Below, piece after piece: positions 11,987 to 23,328 of a DNA stretch of 64,000 nt. The notes beneath the pieces are model-generated. The model worked only from the letters and a program-made list of their open reading frames with translations. It did no database searches and was not told the DNA's origin. Position numbers and translations under genes: made by a program. The first letter of the stretch is position 1, and each line of letters opens with the position of its first letter. The stretch lies in the NCBI RefSeq assembly GCF_036321535.1, contig NC_087436.1:121706001-121770000 (forward strand). Reading direction: 5' to 3'. The stretch is from Camelus dromedarius. Taxonomy: Eukaryota.

Positions 11987-13980
11987 GTAGGCCGTGGTGG
12001 AAGCAAACTGCAGTGAAGACCTGGGTGTGGCGGGAGGCCTTGCCTTGCACTTTGGGACCCCTGGGCTGTCACGGAGGTCAGGGCACCCAGAGCCCACTTG
12101 TGTTCTTGATAGTGAGGGTCAGCTGTTGGGGCAAAGCCTGCCCACCCAGGGATTTCTTCTAGAATGGCGGAATGTGCAGAGGTGACAGGAAAGCAGATGG
12201 CTTGTGTCACCAGCTGCCCCACCCAGACCCGTAGCTGATCCTGGGCCCAGGTGGGAAGACGCAGCTGAGGACGACGCAGGCAGACTGGGGCAGGAGGGGC
12301 TGTGCTGAGTGTGGGGGGGGGGCAGGTGGGGAGACCACAGACTGAGGCGCGGGGTGGTGCCTCCAGGTGCTGCCCAGGCAGGGGCTGAGCCCCAAGCGTC
12401 TTGAGATCTGTGAGCACCAGACATCGGGGGCACCACGTGTCTGAGCAGAGCAGGGCTGGCGTAGCTGGGGCTCTGCCACGGGGCTGACACTGGCATCTCT
12501 GCAGCTGGCGCTTGGGTACGTCCTCGCAGCAGCACGGCCTGCCGCTGTCGGGCGACCTGGTCATCCTCATCAGTGACATGAGGACAGAGAGCCCCTCCAT
12601 GCATCTGTGACCCCTGGCCAGGTGCTGCGCAGGGGCAGGGGACAGTGGGGCCAGGTGTCAGGTGGGCCTCCACCACAGGTTGGATCTGGGCTGTGGCTTG
12701 TGTGGGGGCTGGTGGGGGAGGGGACAGTGTGGGTTTCAACGTCAGGAATCCCATTCCTGAGAAACCAGGGGCTCCTGGGCGGCAGGGTGGCGAGAACAAC
12801 TGGGCTGAGGCCACCTTCCCTGCCTATCTTCTTCCACCCGACCCCAGCCTGTGCCCGTGGGACAGACAGGGAGACAGGCATGTGGTGCACTCCCCTCCCA
12901 GGCTACCCTCCTGCAGGTCCTTTCCAGGCAGTTCTCTGAGGCTACGCCAGGGTTGACACAGAAATGTCCTCTGCGACGTCGGGGGCGGATGGGCCACCCA
13001 GCCCGTTAGCAGCAGCTTTGCTGGGGAGCCCGCTGGGGAGAACCTTGGTCTGAGAACCACCTGTCTCAGCTGGGTGGATTCCACGAAAAGGGAACCTCAG
13101 AAAGAACATAGCATATTTCAGAAACCAAAGTGCTTTCTGGGAGGAGGCGGTGTTCTTGTCCGATTTTGAGTCACTGTGTCATTTCCCTCTGCAGATTTGA
13201 AAGCAGTCACACGTCACGGCTGGCCTGGGCAGGCTTGGGGCCGGAGGCTCTTAGTAGTCTCCAAATCAGCGTCACTTCTCAGCCCTGGGCTGGCTGAGTC
13301 ACCCGGGGTTTCCCGGGGCCTGCTGGGTAGGATGTGTAGTTCCTTTGTCATTAGAGGGGAATTCTCAAAAATAATGTCACCAACGTACAGCCCACTGTAC
13401 TGTTAAATGCACTGAATTTCTAGGGTTCAGATGGACTTTTCAGAAGATCTTGGGTTAGTTCTGCCCACCAGATAGGGTTGGTTTGGCTTGCGGCTTTCTA
13501 GGCTGAATCCCCGGCCCTGTGTGAGGCACAGGTCAGAATTGCTGAATTTGACCCTGATGGTCTGCAGCTTGATGGAGTCGTGGGTTCAGAGGGAGTGAGC
13601 TGGGTCCACGGCCAGGCCTGCTCCTGGCGGTTTTGTGGCCCTGTGTTGGGATGTTCTCTGGTGTATAATGGGATTAGGCTTCTGCCCGCCTGCCCCCTCT
13701 GAGGATGGAAGATCTCAGGTGATGGGAAGACTGTGTGGCCTGGCCCCAGTGTAGTGTGGGCTGGGCCAGGGCGAGGGCGATGACCCCTCCCTCTTACTTT
13801 CAGGAAGCTGCAGGTCCTTTCCTGTCTCCATCTTACTTCTCTGTGGAATGAACGGCTGCCATCTGCCACGTTGCAGTGCCTGTCTGCCACCTCGATGTCC
13901 AGTTGTGACTTCCACCTCTCTTGCTGCAGCACGTGACAGTCATGTTTGCTGACTCGCTGTCTGGTCTTTGTCCCTTTCTT

Positions 13981-16900
13981 TTTTTAGCTCTCTTTATTCT
14001 TTTTCATTATAGGGACTACAAGCCATTGAATATAGTTCCCTGCTATACAGTAGGGCTTTATTGTTCATCTATTCTGTACACAGTAGTTTGTATCTGCCAA
14101 TCCCAAACTCCCAATTTGTCCCTCCCTCCCCCTTTTCTCCCCTGGTAATCCTAGGTTTGTTTTCTATGTCTGTGAGACCCTCTCTTTTGTAAATAAGTTC
14201 ATTTGTGTAATTTTTTTTAAAGATTCTACATATAAGTGATATCATATGACATTTGTCTTTCTTTGACTTACTTCACTTAGTATGATAATTTCTAGGTCCA
14301 TCCATGTTGCTGCAAGTGGCATTCTCTCATCCCTTTTTATGGCTGAGTAGTGTTCTATTGTATATATACCACAACTTCTTTATCCAGTCATCTGTCGATA
14401 GATATTTAGGTGGCTTCCATGTCTTGGCTACTGTAAATAGTGCTGCTGTGAACACTGGAGTGCATGTATCTTTTTGAATTAGTGTTTNNNNNNNNNNNNN
14501 NNNNNNNNNNNNNNNNNNNNNNNNNNNNNNNNNNNNNNNNNNNNNNNNNNNNNNNNNNNNNNNNNNNNNNNNNNNNNNNNNNNNNNNNNNNNNNNNNNNN
14601 NNNNNNNNNNNNNNNNNNNNNNNNNNNNNNNNNNNNNNNNNNNNNNNNNNNNNNNNNNNAGNNNNNNNNNNNNNNNNNNNNNNNNNNNNNNNNNNNNNNN
14701 NNNNNNNNNNNNNNNNNNNNNNNNNNNNNNNNNNNNNNNNNNNNNNNNNNNNNNNNNNNNNNNNNNNNNNNNNNNNNNNNNNNNNNNNNNNNNNNNNNNN
14801 NNNNNNNNNNNNNNNNNNNNNNTGATTGGGTTTTTGTCTTTTTGATATTGANNNNNNNNNNNNNNNNNNNNNNNNNNNNNNNNNNNNNNNNNNNNNNNNN
14901 NNNNNNNNNNNNNNNNNNNNNNNNNNNNNNNNNNNNNNNNNNNNNNNNNNNNNNNNNNNNNNNNNNNNNNNNNNNNNNNNNNNNNNNNNNNNNNNNNNNN
15001 NNNNNNNNNNNNNNNNNNNNNNNNNNNNNNNAGAAGGCACGTCCAAAAAAAATATTGCTGAGATATATTTCAAAGAGTGTTCTGCCTATGTTTTCCTTAG
15101 GAGTTTTATAGTATCCAATTTTACATTTAGTTCTTTAATCCATTTTGATCTATTTTTGTATATGCTGTTAGAGAATGTTCTAATTTTATTCTTTTACATG
15201 TAGCTGTCCAAGTTTCCCAGCACCACTTTTTGAAGAGACTGTCTTTTCTCCAACATATATTCTTGCCTCCTTTGTCANNNNNNNNNNNNNNNNNNNNNNN
15301 NNNNNNNNNNNNNNNNNNNNNNNNNNNNNNNNNNNNNNNNNNNNNNNNNNNNNNNNNNNNNNNNNNNNNNNNNNNNNNNNNNNNNNNNNNNNNNNNNNNN
15401 NNNNNNNNNNNNNNNNNNNNNNCCTGGTTCCATTCTTCTTTCTCAAGATTGTTTTGGCTATTCAGGGTCTTTTGTGTTTCTATACAAATTTAACAGNNNN
15501 NNNNNNNNNNNNNNNNNNNNNNNNNNNNNNNNNNNNNNNNNNNNNNNNNNNNNNNNNNNNNNNNNNNNNNNNNNNNNNNNNNNNNNNNNNNNNNNNNNNN
15601 NNNNNNNNNNNNNNNNNNNNNNNNNNNNNNNNNTCCATTTGTGTTGTCTTCAGTTTCTCTCATCAGTGTCTTACAGTTTTTGTAGTACAGATCTTTTGCC
15701 TCCCTAGGTGGGTTTATTCCTGGGTATTTTATTCATTTTGATGCAGTAGTAAATAGGATTGCTTCCTTAATTTCTCTTTCTGATATTTCATTGTTGGTGT
15801 ATGGAAATGCAGCAGATTTCTGTGTATTAATTTTGTATCCTGCAACTTTACCAAATGCATCAATGAGCTCTGGTAGTTTTCTGGTAGCATCTGTAGGATT
15901 TTCTGTGTAGGATTTCTCATGTCATCAGCAAACAGTGCCAGTTTTACTACCTCTTTTCTGGTTTGGATTCCTTTTCTTTCTTTTTCTTCTCTGATTGCAG
16001 TGGCTAGGACGTCAAAGACTATGTTGAGTAAAGGTGGTGAGAGAGGCATCCTTGTCTTGTTCCTGATCTTAGAGGAGATATTTTCAGTTCTTCACCGTTG
16101 AGTATGATGTTCGTTGTGGGTTTGTCATATGTGGCGTTTATTATGATGAGGTGTGCTCCCTTTATGNNNNNNNNNNNNNNNNNNNNNNNNNNNNNNNNNN
16201 NNNNNNNNNNNNNNNNNNNNNNNNNNNNNNNNNNNNNNNNNNNNNNNNNNNNNNNNNNNNNNNNNNNNNNNNNNNNNNNNNNNNNNNNNNNNNNNNNNNN
16301 NNNNNNNNNNNNATCCTTGCATGCCGGGAATAAATCCCACTTATAGTATATGATTCTNNNNNNNNNNNNNNNNNNNNNNNNNNNNNNNNNNNNNNNNNNN
16401 NNNNNNNNNNNNNNNNNNNNNNNNNNNNNNNNNNNNNNNNNNNNNNNNNNNNNNNNNNNNNNNNNNNNNNNNNNNNNNNNNNNNNNNNNNNNNNNNNNNN
16501 NNNNNNNNNNNNNNNNNNNNNNNNNNNNNNATTTTTAGAATAGTTTCAGAAGGACAGGTGTTATTGACTCTTCTCTAAATATTTGGTAGAATTCGCCTGT
16601 GCCATCTCATCCTGTCNNNNNNNNNNNNNNNNNNNNNNNNNNNNNNNNNNNNNNNNNNNNNNNNNNNNNNNNNNNNNNNNNNNNNNNNNNNNNNNNNNNN
16701 NNNNNNNNNNNNNNNNNNNNNNNNNNNNNNNNNNNNNNNNNNNNNNNNNNNNNNNNNNNNNNNNNNGTATAGTTGCTGATAATTGTCTCTTATGGTCCTT
16801 TGTATTTCTGTGGTGGCAGTTGTAATTTTTTTTTTTTTTCATTTATGGTTTTATTGGTTTGGGTCTTCTCTCNNNNNNNNNNNNNNNNNNNNNNNNNNNN

Positions 16901-19900
16901 NNNNNNNNNNNNNNNNNNNNNNNNNNNNNNNNNNNNNNNNNNNNNNNNNNNNNNNNNNNNNNNNNNNNNNNNNNNNNNNNNNNNNNNNNNNNNNNNNNNN
17001 NNNNNNNNNNNNNNNNNNNNNNNNNNNTATTAACTTTGGGTTTTGTTCTTTCTTTAGTTGCTTTAGGTGTAAGGTTAGGTTGTTTGAGATTTTTCTTATT
17101 TCCTGAGATAAGCTTGCATCACGATAAACTCCCCTCTTAGAACTGCTGTTGCTGCATCCCATAGGTTTTGGATTTTCATTTTCGTTTGTCACTATGTCTT
17201 TGATTTCCTCTTTGATTTCTTCAGCGATCCATTGGTTGTTCAGTAGCATATTGTTTAGCCTCCACATGTTTGTGTTTTTTTGCAGGTTTTTTTTGCTAGT
17301 TGATTTCTAGTCTCATAACATTGTGGTCAGAAAAGATGCTTGATATGATTTCAGTTTTCTTAAGTTTACCAAGGCTTGCTTTGTGGCCCAACATGTGATC
17401 TATCTAGAGAATGTTCCTTGTGCCCTAGAGAAGAATATGTATTCTGCTGCTTTAGGATAGAATGCTCTATAAATATTAAGTCCATCTGGTCTAGTGTGTC
17501 ATTTAGGGCCTGTATTTTCTTATTAATTTTCTGTCTGGATGATTTGTCCATTGATGTAAGTGGGGTATTAAGGTCCCCCAGTATTACTGTGTTACTGTCA
17601 ATTTCTCATTTTATGTCTGTTAACAGCTGCCGTATATACTGAAGTGCTCCTATGTCAGGTGCATATATATTTACAATTGTTATATCTTCTTCTTGGATTG
17701 ATTCCTTGATCATTATGTAGTGTCCTTCATCTCTTGTAACAGTGTTTATTTTAAAGTCTATTTTGTATGATACAAGTATTGCTACTTCAGCTTTCTTTTG
17801 GTTTATGTTTGCACAGAATACCTTTTTCTATCCCCTCACTTTCAGTCTGTATGTGNNNNNNNNNNNNNNNNNNNNNNNNNNNNNNNNNNNNNNNNNNNNN
17901 NNNNNNNNNNNNNNNNNNNNNNNNNNNNNNNNNNNNNNNNNNNNNNNNNNNNNNNNNNNNNNNNNNNNNNNNNNNNNNNNNNNNNNNNNNNAATGACATT
18001 TTGTTAATTGTTTTGCATTTGTTTTTGTAGGTCTTTTTTTCCTTTCCTTTTTTGTTCTCTTGTGATTTGATGACTGTCTTTAGTGTTATGTCTGGAGCCC
18101 TCTTTCCTTTTTGTGTGTATCTACTATAGAGTTTTGGTTTGTGGATACCATGAGGTATTTGCGTAGCAGTCTGTATATATACATGCTTGTTTTAAGTTGC
18201 TGATCTCTTCATTTTAAATGCATTACAAATAGTGTGTTCATACTTTCCTCCCCTCACAATGACTGGCTTTGATATTATATTTTACATCGAGTTGTTTTGT
18301 GTATCCCTTAACTGCTTCTTGTAAATACAGATGATTGTACTCTTTTTGTCTTTTAACTTCCCTATTAGTTTGTATGTGGATGATTTCCTTTGTTTACCGT
18401 ATGTTTGCCTTTACTGCTGAGCTTTTCCATTTAGTAATTTTCTTGTTTCTAGTTGTGGTCTTGCCTTTTCCACCTAGAGAAGTTCCTTTAGCATTTGTTG
18501 TAAAGCTGGTTTGGTGGTGCTGAATTCTTTGAGCTTTTGCTTGTCTGTAAAGCTTTTGATTTCTCCCTGGAATCTGAACGAGAGCCTTGCTGGATAGAGT
18601 ATTCTTGGTTGTAGGTTTTTCCTTTCATCATTTTAAATATATCTTGCCACTCCCTTCTGGCCTGCAGAGTTTCTGCTGAAAAATCAGCTGATAACCTTAT
18701 GGAAGTTCCCTTGTATGTTATTTGTTGCTTTTCTCTTGCTAATTTTAATATTTTCTCCTTATCTTTTAATTTTTTGTCAGTCTGATTACCATGTGCCTTG
18801 GTGTGCTCCTCTTTGGATTAATCCTGTGTAAGACTCTCTACACGTCCTGGACTTGGCTGTTTCCTTTCCCAGGTTAGGGACGTTTTCAGCTATTATCTCT
18901 TCAAATATTTTCTCAGGCCCTTTCCTCTCTCTCCCCTCCCTCTGGGACCCCTACAATGTGAGTATTAGTGCACTTGATATTGTCCTAGAGTTCTCTTAAA
19001 CTGTCCTCATTTCTTTTCATTCTTTTTCTTTTTTCTGTTTTGTGGTGGTGACTTCCACTGCTCTGTCTTCCGGCTCACTCATCTGTTCTTCTGCCTCATT
19101 TATTCTACTGTTGATTCCTTCTAGTGTGTTTTTTCATTTCAGGTATGACAGTCTTCAGGTCTCTTTGGTGGTTCTTTATATTTTCTAACTCCTTGTTAAA
19201 AACTTCTAACTTCTTGCTCTGTGCGTCCATTCTTCCCCTGAGTTCGTGGACCGTCCTCGTGATCATTACTCTGAACTCCTTCTTGGGTGGATTTGCCCAT
19301 CTCCACGTCACTTAGTTCTACGGGGGTGGCATCTTGTTCTTTCGTCTGGAACACACTCCTCTGCCACCTCACTTTGTCTAAATTTCTATTTGTATTTTTA
19401 TCACCTGATGGGTTAAGTACATTTCTTGACCTTGGAGAAGTGGCCCTCTGTAGGGGACGTCCTATGCGTCCCAGCAGTACACTCTGCCCTCTTGTCACCT
19501 GAGGGCCAGGAAGCCGGCTGATGCCAGGGTAGGGGTCTGCCCTGCATTTGCAGATTCGGTTTTGCAGGCTGTGGGGTCACAGTTTTCTTACTTCTGGTGT
19601 CTGCCCCCTGGTGGATGAGGCTGGACTAGAGGCTTGTGCAGGCTTCTTGGTGGCAGGGGCCAGTGCCTGCCCACTGGTGGGCAGAGCTGGGTCCTGGTCC
19701 TTTGGTGGGCAGGGCTGTGTCCAGGGCTGTGCCTTGAGGTGGCTGTGGGCCCAGGAAGTCTTTAGGCAGCCTGTCTGCTGACGGGTGGGGCTGTGTTCCC
19801 GCCTGGTTAGCTGTTTGGCCTGAGGCTTCCCAGCACTTAAGCCCACAGGCTGTTGGGTGCGGCAGGTCTTGGTGCTAATGACCCAAGCAAGATGTCAGCC

Positions 19901-20462
19901 AATGAACACTCCCTGATCTGTCCACCGCCAGCTTTTACATCCCCAGGGTGAGCATCAGCTGCCCCCCACCTCCTCAGGAGACCCTCCAAGACCAGCAGCC
20001 AGGCCTGGCCCAGGCTCTTATGCATCACTGCTTTGGCCCTTGACCCTGGTCCGTGTGAGGCTGTGTGCTCTTTCAGAGCACACTCTGTCTCCTCCAGTCC
20101 TGTGGTGCTCCTGCAAGTAAGCCCCGCTGGCCGTCAAAGCCAGATGCTCGGGGGGCCTGCCGGAGCCCTGGGCTGGAGCAGCTGGTACGGAGCTGAGAGC
20201 TCTCGGTGCCGTGGGAGGACCTCCACAGTGCCATTATTCCCCAGCTGCAGTCGCCCACCCAGGGGTGTGGGACCCGATCATATCGTGAGCGCACCTCTCC
20301 TTCCACCCGCTTTGGTTCCCGCTTTATGTCTCCAGTTGTAGAAGAGTTTTTTTTGGTAGGTTCCATCTTTTTTAGTGATGGTTGTCCAGCAGTCAGTTGT
20401 GGTTTTATTGTATTTGTGAGAGGAGTTGAGCTCAAGTTCCTTCTCCTCCACTAGCTTGACAA
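13981..20462 (-). mobile_element. Near-full-length, degenerate L1 (3'UTR, ORF2, ORF1, 5'UTR) antisense in TNIP2 intron 2, bounded by a 16-18 bp TSD
   Basis: ORF2 C-terminus IQKDTCTPVFTAALFTVAKTWK (~14400-14480); [21 protein letters not shown]...LALFADDM (15729..16049) and MGFIPGMQG; EN fragments at 17366-17999; ORF1 fragments at 19105-19498; 5' end near 20460. TSD ggtctttgtccctttctt (13963-13980) versus gatctttgtcccttcctt (20463-20480). Confidence 0.93.
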
Positions 20463-20486
20463 GATCTTTGTCCCTTCCTTAAGCAG

Positions 20487-20576
20487 CCGAAGTGTGCAGG
20501 TGGGGATGCCTCTGTCCACGCTGTTGTTGAGAAGTTACGGGAAGAAAATCGACTGTTAAAGCAGAAAGTGACTCAC
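20487..20576 (+). CDS. TNIP2: TNIP2 coding exon 3 (alternative NAGNAG start at 20484)
   Basis: ttaagcag|CCG AAG...ACT CAC|gtgagt, 90 nt. Translates PKCAGGDASVHAVVEKLREENRLLKQKVTH (human SEHTDGHTSVQSVIEKLQEENRLLKQKVTH). Confidence 0.95.
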
Positions 20577-21056
20577 GTGAGTGTCTGTAATACTTAACAC
20601 GGGAAGAGCCTCCCCGTATGAACCGCAGGTGCGGGCCCTCTCCTCGGCTGTGCCAGGGTTCCCGCTGCCCTCGGGCCAACTTGGCTGATACACATAGTCC
20701 CCAGAGATCCGATTTTTGCTAAAAGGATGCACACAACACGCCTGGCCATCCTCCACCCCTCCATGATAGTTCACATGTTGATAAATGAGGTACAAGAATT
20801 ACCATCAAGGATAGCCTTTAAGGCAGAAAAATTGCTGCAGGTTTACTTCTGCTTAAGGTGGTTGCTGGTGGCCATCGTCACCGTGTCTCAGGTTTGTCTG
20901 GCGGTCTCAGTGGCCCCTCTGCACAGAGCAAAGGCAACTTTAATTTAAAGGGAAAACTCACCCAGCTCATTATTGCTAATAAATAGCCCCGGGGTGAGCA
21001 CTGGCTTAGAGCAAATGTCTCAGCCGCCTTCACCAGGAGCTTGTCGGCCTCTTCAG

Positions 21057-21323
21057 GTGGAAGACCTCAATGCCAAGTGGCAGCGCTACGACGCCAGCAG
21101 GGACGAGTACGTGAGGGGCCTCCATGCGCAGCTGCAGGGGCTGCAGGCCCCCCACGAGCCTGAGACACCCTCTCCGCCCGAGCTGATGAGGAAGGAGATC
21201 TCCCGGCTCAACAGACAGTTGGAGGAGAAAATAAACGACTGTGCAGAAGTGAAGCAGGAGCTGGCGGCCGCGAGGCGGGTGCGGGATGCTGCGCTGGAGC
21301 GCGTGCAGATGCTGGAGCAGCAG
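21057..21323 (+). CDS. TNIP2: TNIP2 coding exon 4 (coiled coil; CEP55/EABR-like WQRY segment leading toward AHD1/UBAN)
   Basis: cttcag|GTG GAA GAC...CAG CAG|gtgccg, 267 nt. Translates [89 protein letters not shown]. Confidence 0.97.
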
Positions 21324-21487
21324 GTGCCGCCCCTTGGGCTCGGGAGCCCCGCCGTGAGATCGCCCCGTGTCGGGCAGTCTGAGCCGAGGTCTGGGAGGCG
21401 CTGGGAGGCTGGAGAAGTCTGGCGGGGACTTTTCCTTCCTTGAGCAGAAACAGCAGCGTGGTGACAGCTAAGTGTGTCTCCTCTCAG

Positions 21488-21607
21488 ATTCTCGCGTACA
21501 AGGATGACTTCACATCAGAGAGGGCCGATCGGGAGCGGGCTCAAAGCAGGATTGAGGAGCTGGAGGAACAGCTGGCCTCCCTGCAGCCCCGGGCGTCCTG
21601 GAGGCAG
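21488..21607 (+). CDS. TNIP2: TNIP2 coding exon 5 (UBAN ubiquitin-binding core, DFxxER motif)
   Basis: ctctcag|ATT CTC...AGG CAG|gtagag, 120 nt. Translates ILAYKDDFTSERADRERAQSRIEELEEQLASLQPRASWRQ. Confidence 0.97.
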
Positions 21608-23064
21608 GTAGAGCAGGCGGCGCGTCTCCTCCCGCCCAGACTGAGCGCTTCTTTTCTTTTCCTTTCGTGAACTTCAAGCTCTTCTGCGTGTGTCTGCCCA
21701 GACCCTGCTTCCCCACTCTGGGCAGAGCCTCCTTGCCCGGGGCTTGGACTTGGTGGTGGAACCTGTCCACTTCTCCCCATGTTTGTTTGTAGATGGGGTT
21801 GGCATGATGTCATGTGACAGCAGAGGTGGCTGGCCTGGTGCATGTCCTGCACCCAGAGGGCATGTCCTGAGCTCAGGCTCCCTCCTGGGAGCTTCCCGCA
21901 TGCGTGTCTTCTTCTCGCTCTGAGGCAGGGACCCCAGTCACACTGTCACGCAGGTGTGGACACAGAGGCCCCAGGTGTCTGATAACGAGCCCCTGGGCAT
22001 GGAGATCGGCCTTGCAGGCCGGTGGGCCCTGCACCTCACTTTGGGCTCAGTGCTGTCCCCACCAGGGGGCTGCTTCTCAGGACGCCTGGCCTGAGTGGGA
22101 ACTGGAGGTTTCTCCCTGCAGAACCTGCTACCCACATGCCTCCTCTCCTCCCTGGATCTGCTTGGCGTGCTGCAGAAATCTCACGAGAGCTTTGTTTCTT
22201 TAGCTGCTCAGAGTACCGAATACATATTCTGTCCTGGAGCAAACCTTGGGCCCCCCAAAGAGCGTCTGTCCTGACACAGACGGGACGGTGGCGGTGGCCC
22301 TGGGGACCTGTGCACCCCGGTGGGGTGGGGATACTGAGCTGTCCTTGGAGCTGTCCCTCCTGCTCAGTCTCAGGGCGGTAGGAGCTGCCTGCACTGCCCC
22401 GTCCAGCAAAACTGGTGGGCCTTGTTGGTGGCCACAGGAGTGACCAGAGCCTGCTGAGGACTAGGGCATTTGCACTAAGTGGCCTCTGTGTCCCTTTCAG
22501 CTGCAGCCTGTGCCCTCGGGCATTGGGTGCCCTTGCTTAGCCCCTGATGACACCCCATGGGCGGTGGAATTGAAGGTGTGAGCTGAGAGCCATGGCCCCA
22601 GGGAAGAACCAGACTCCCGTGTGGCACAGACACCAGGCCACCTGGAATGAGGTTCCCAAACAAGCAGTGATGAGCACTGGGGCCGCGGTGCTTCGTGACT
22701 GACGTCTGGGCGCGGGTGCCGGCTGGGCCAGAGGCACGTCCTGCTGTCTCTGGAGGCGCCTGGGCCCGCAGACGAGGGCAGTTTGCCGGGCTCTCTGTCC
22801 TGAGCTGTGCCTCCCACTCTCCATGGAGGCGTGTGGGGTGGGTCTCTCAGGCTGATGGGTCCACACACTTCCACCCACTCAGGCCTAACCCTCATGAGCA
22901 CAGGCAGGAGCTCTGTGGCTCCTCAGTCGTTCACTAAGCATGTCCTTGTTTGGGCTGCGGCACCACGCCAGGGAAGGTGCCAGTCCCACTCGGCGACGGA
23001 TATGTCTGCTTGCTGGAGCCCAGGACCAGCCATGTAAGTGGACCCTTCCTTGCCTTTTTTCTAG

Positions 23065-23328
23065 GACTCTCGAGAGACAGGCTCCTGCTGGATTCACGCC
23101 GGGAGCAAAACGCCCAGGCGCTTAGACGCCGGTGCTTCGGAGCTGGCAGCACCTGGTGGCCGGAGGCCTGGGACAGGGTCCCAGCGGCGGGGACTCCCTG
23201 CGGAGCACGGGCACCCCGGAGCGAACCAGAGAGGCCAGGGGGACCTCCAGTGCCCTCACTGCCTGCAGTGCTTCAGCGATGAGCAGGGCGACGAGCTCTT
23301 CAGGCACGTGGCCGAGTGCTGCCAGTGA
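23065..23328 (+). CDS. TNIP2: TNIP2 coding exon 6 (last), C-terminal NEMO-like CCHC zinc finger, stop TGA
   Basis: ttttctag|GAC TCT CGA...TGC CAG TGA. Ends RGQGDLQCPHCLQCFSDEQGDELFRHVAECCQ*; stop at 23326-23328. Confidence 0.97.
   Translation, partial: DSRETGSCWIHAGSKTPRRLDAGASELAAPGGRRPGTGSQRRGLPAEHGHPGANQRGQGDLQCPHCLQCFSDEQGDELFRHVAECCQ

Noticed and set aside
14327-18030. Long ORFs containing X runs
   Set aside because: They stay open only because N blocks hide stops. The real content is frameshifted L1 ORF2.
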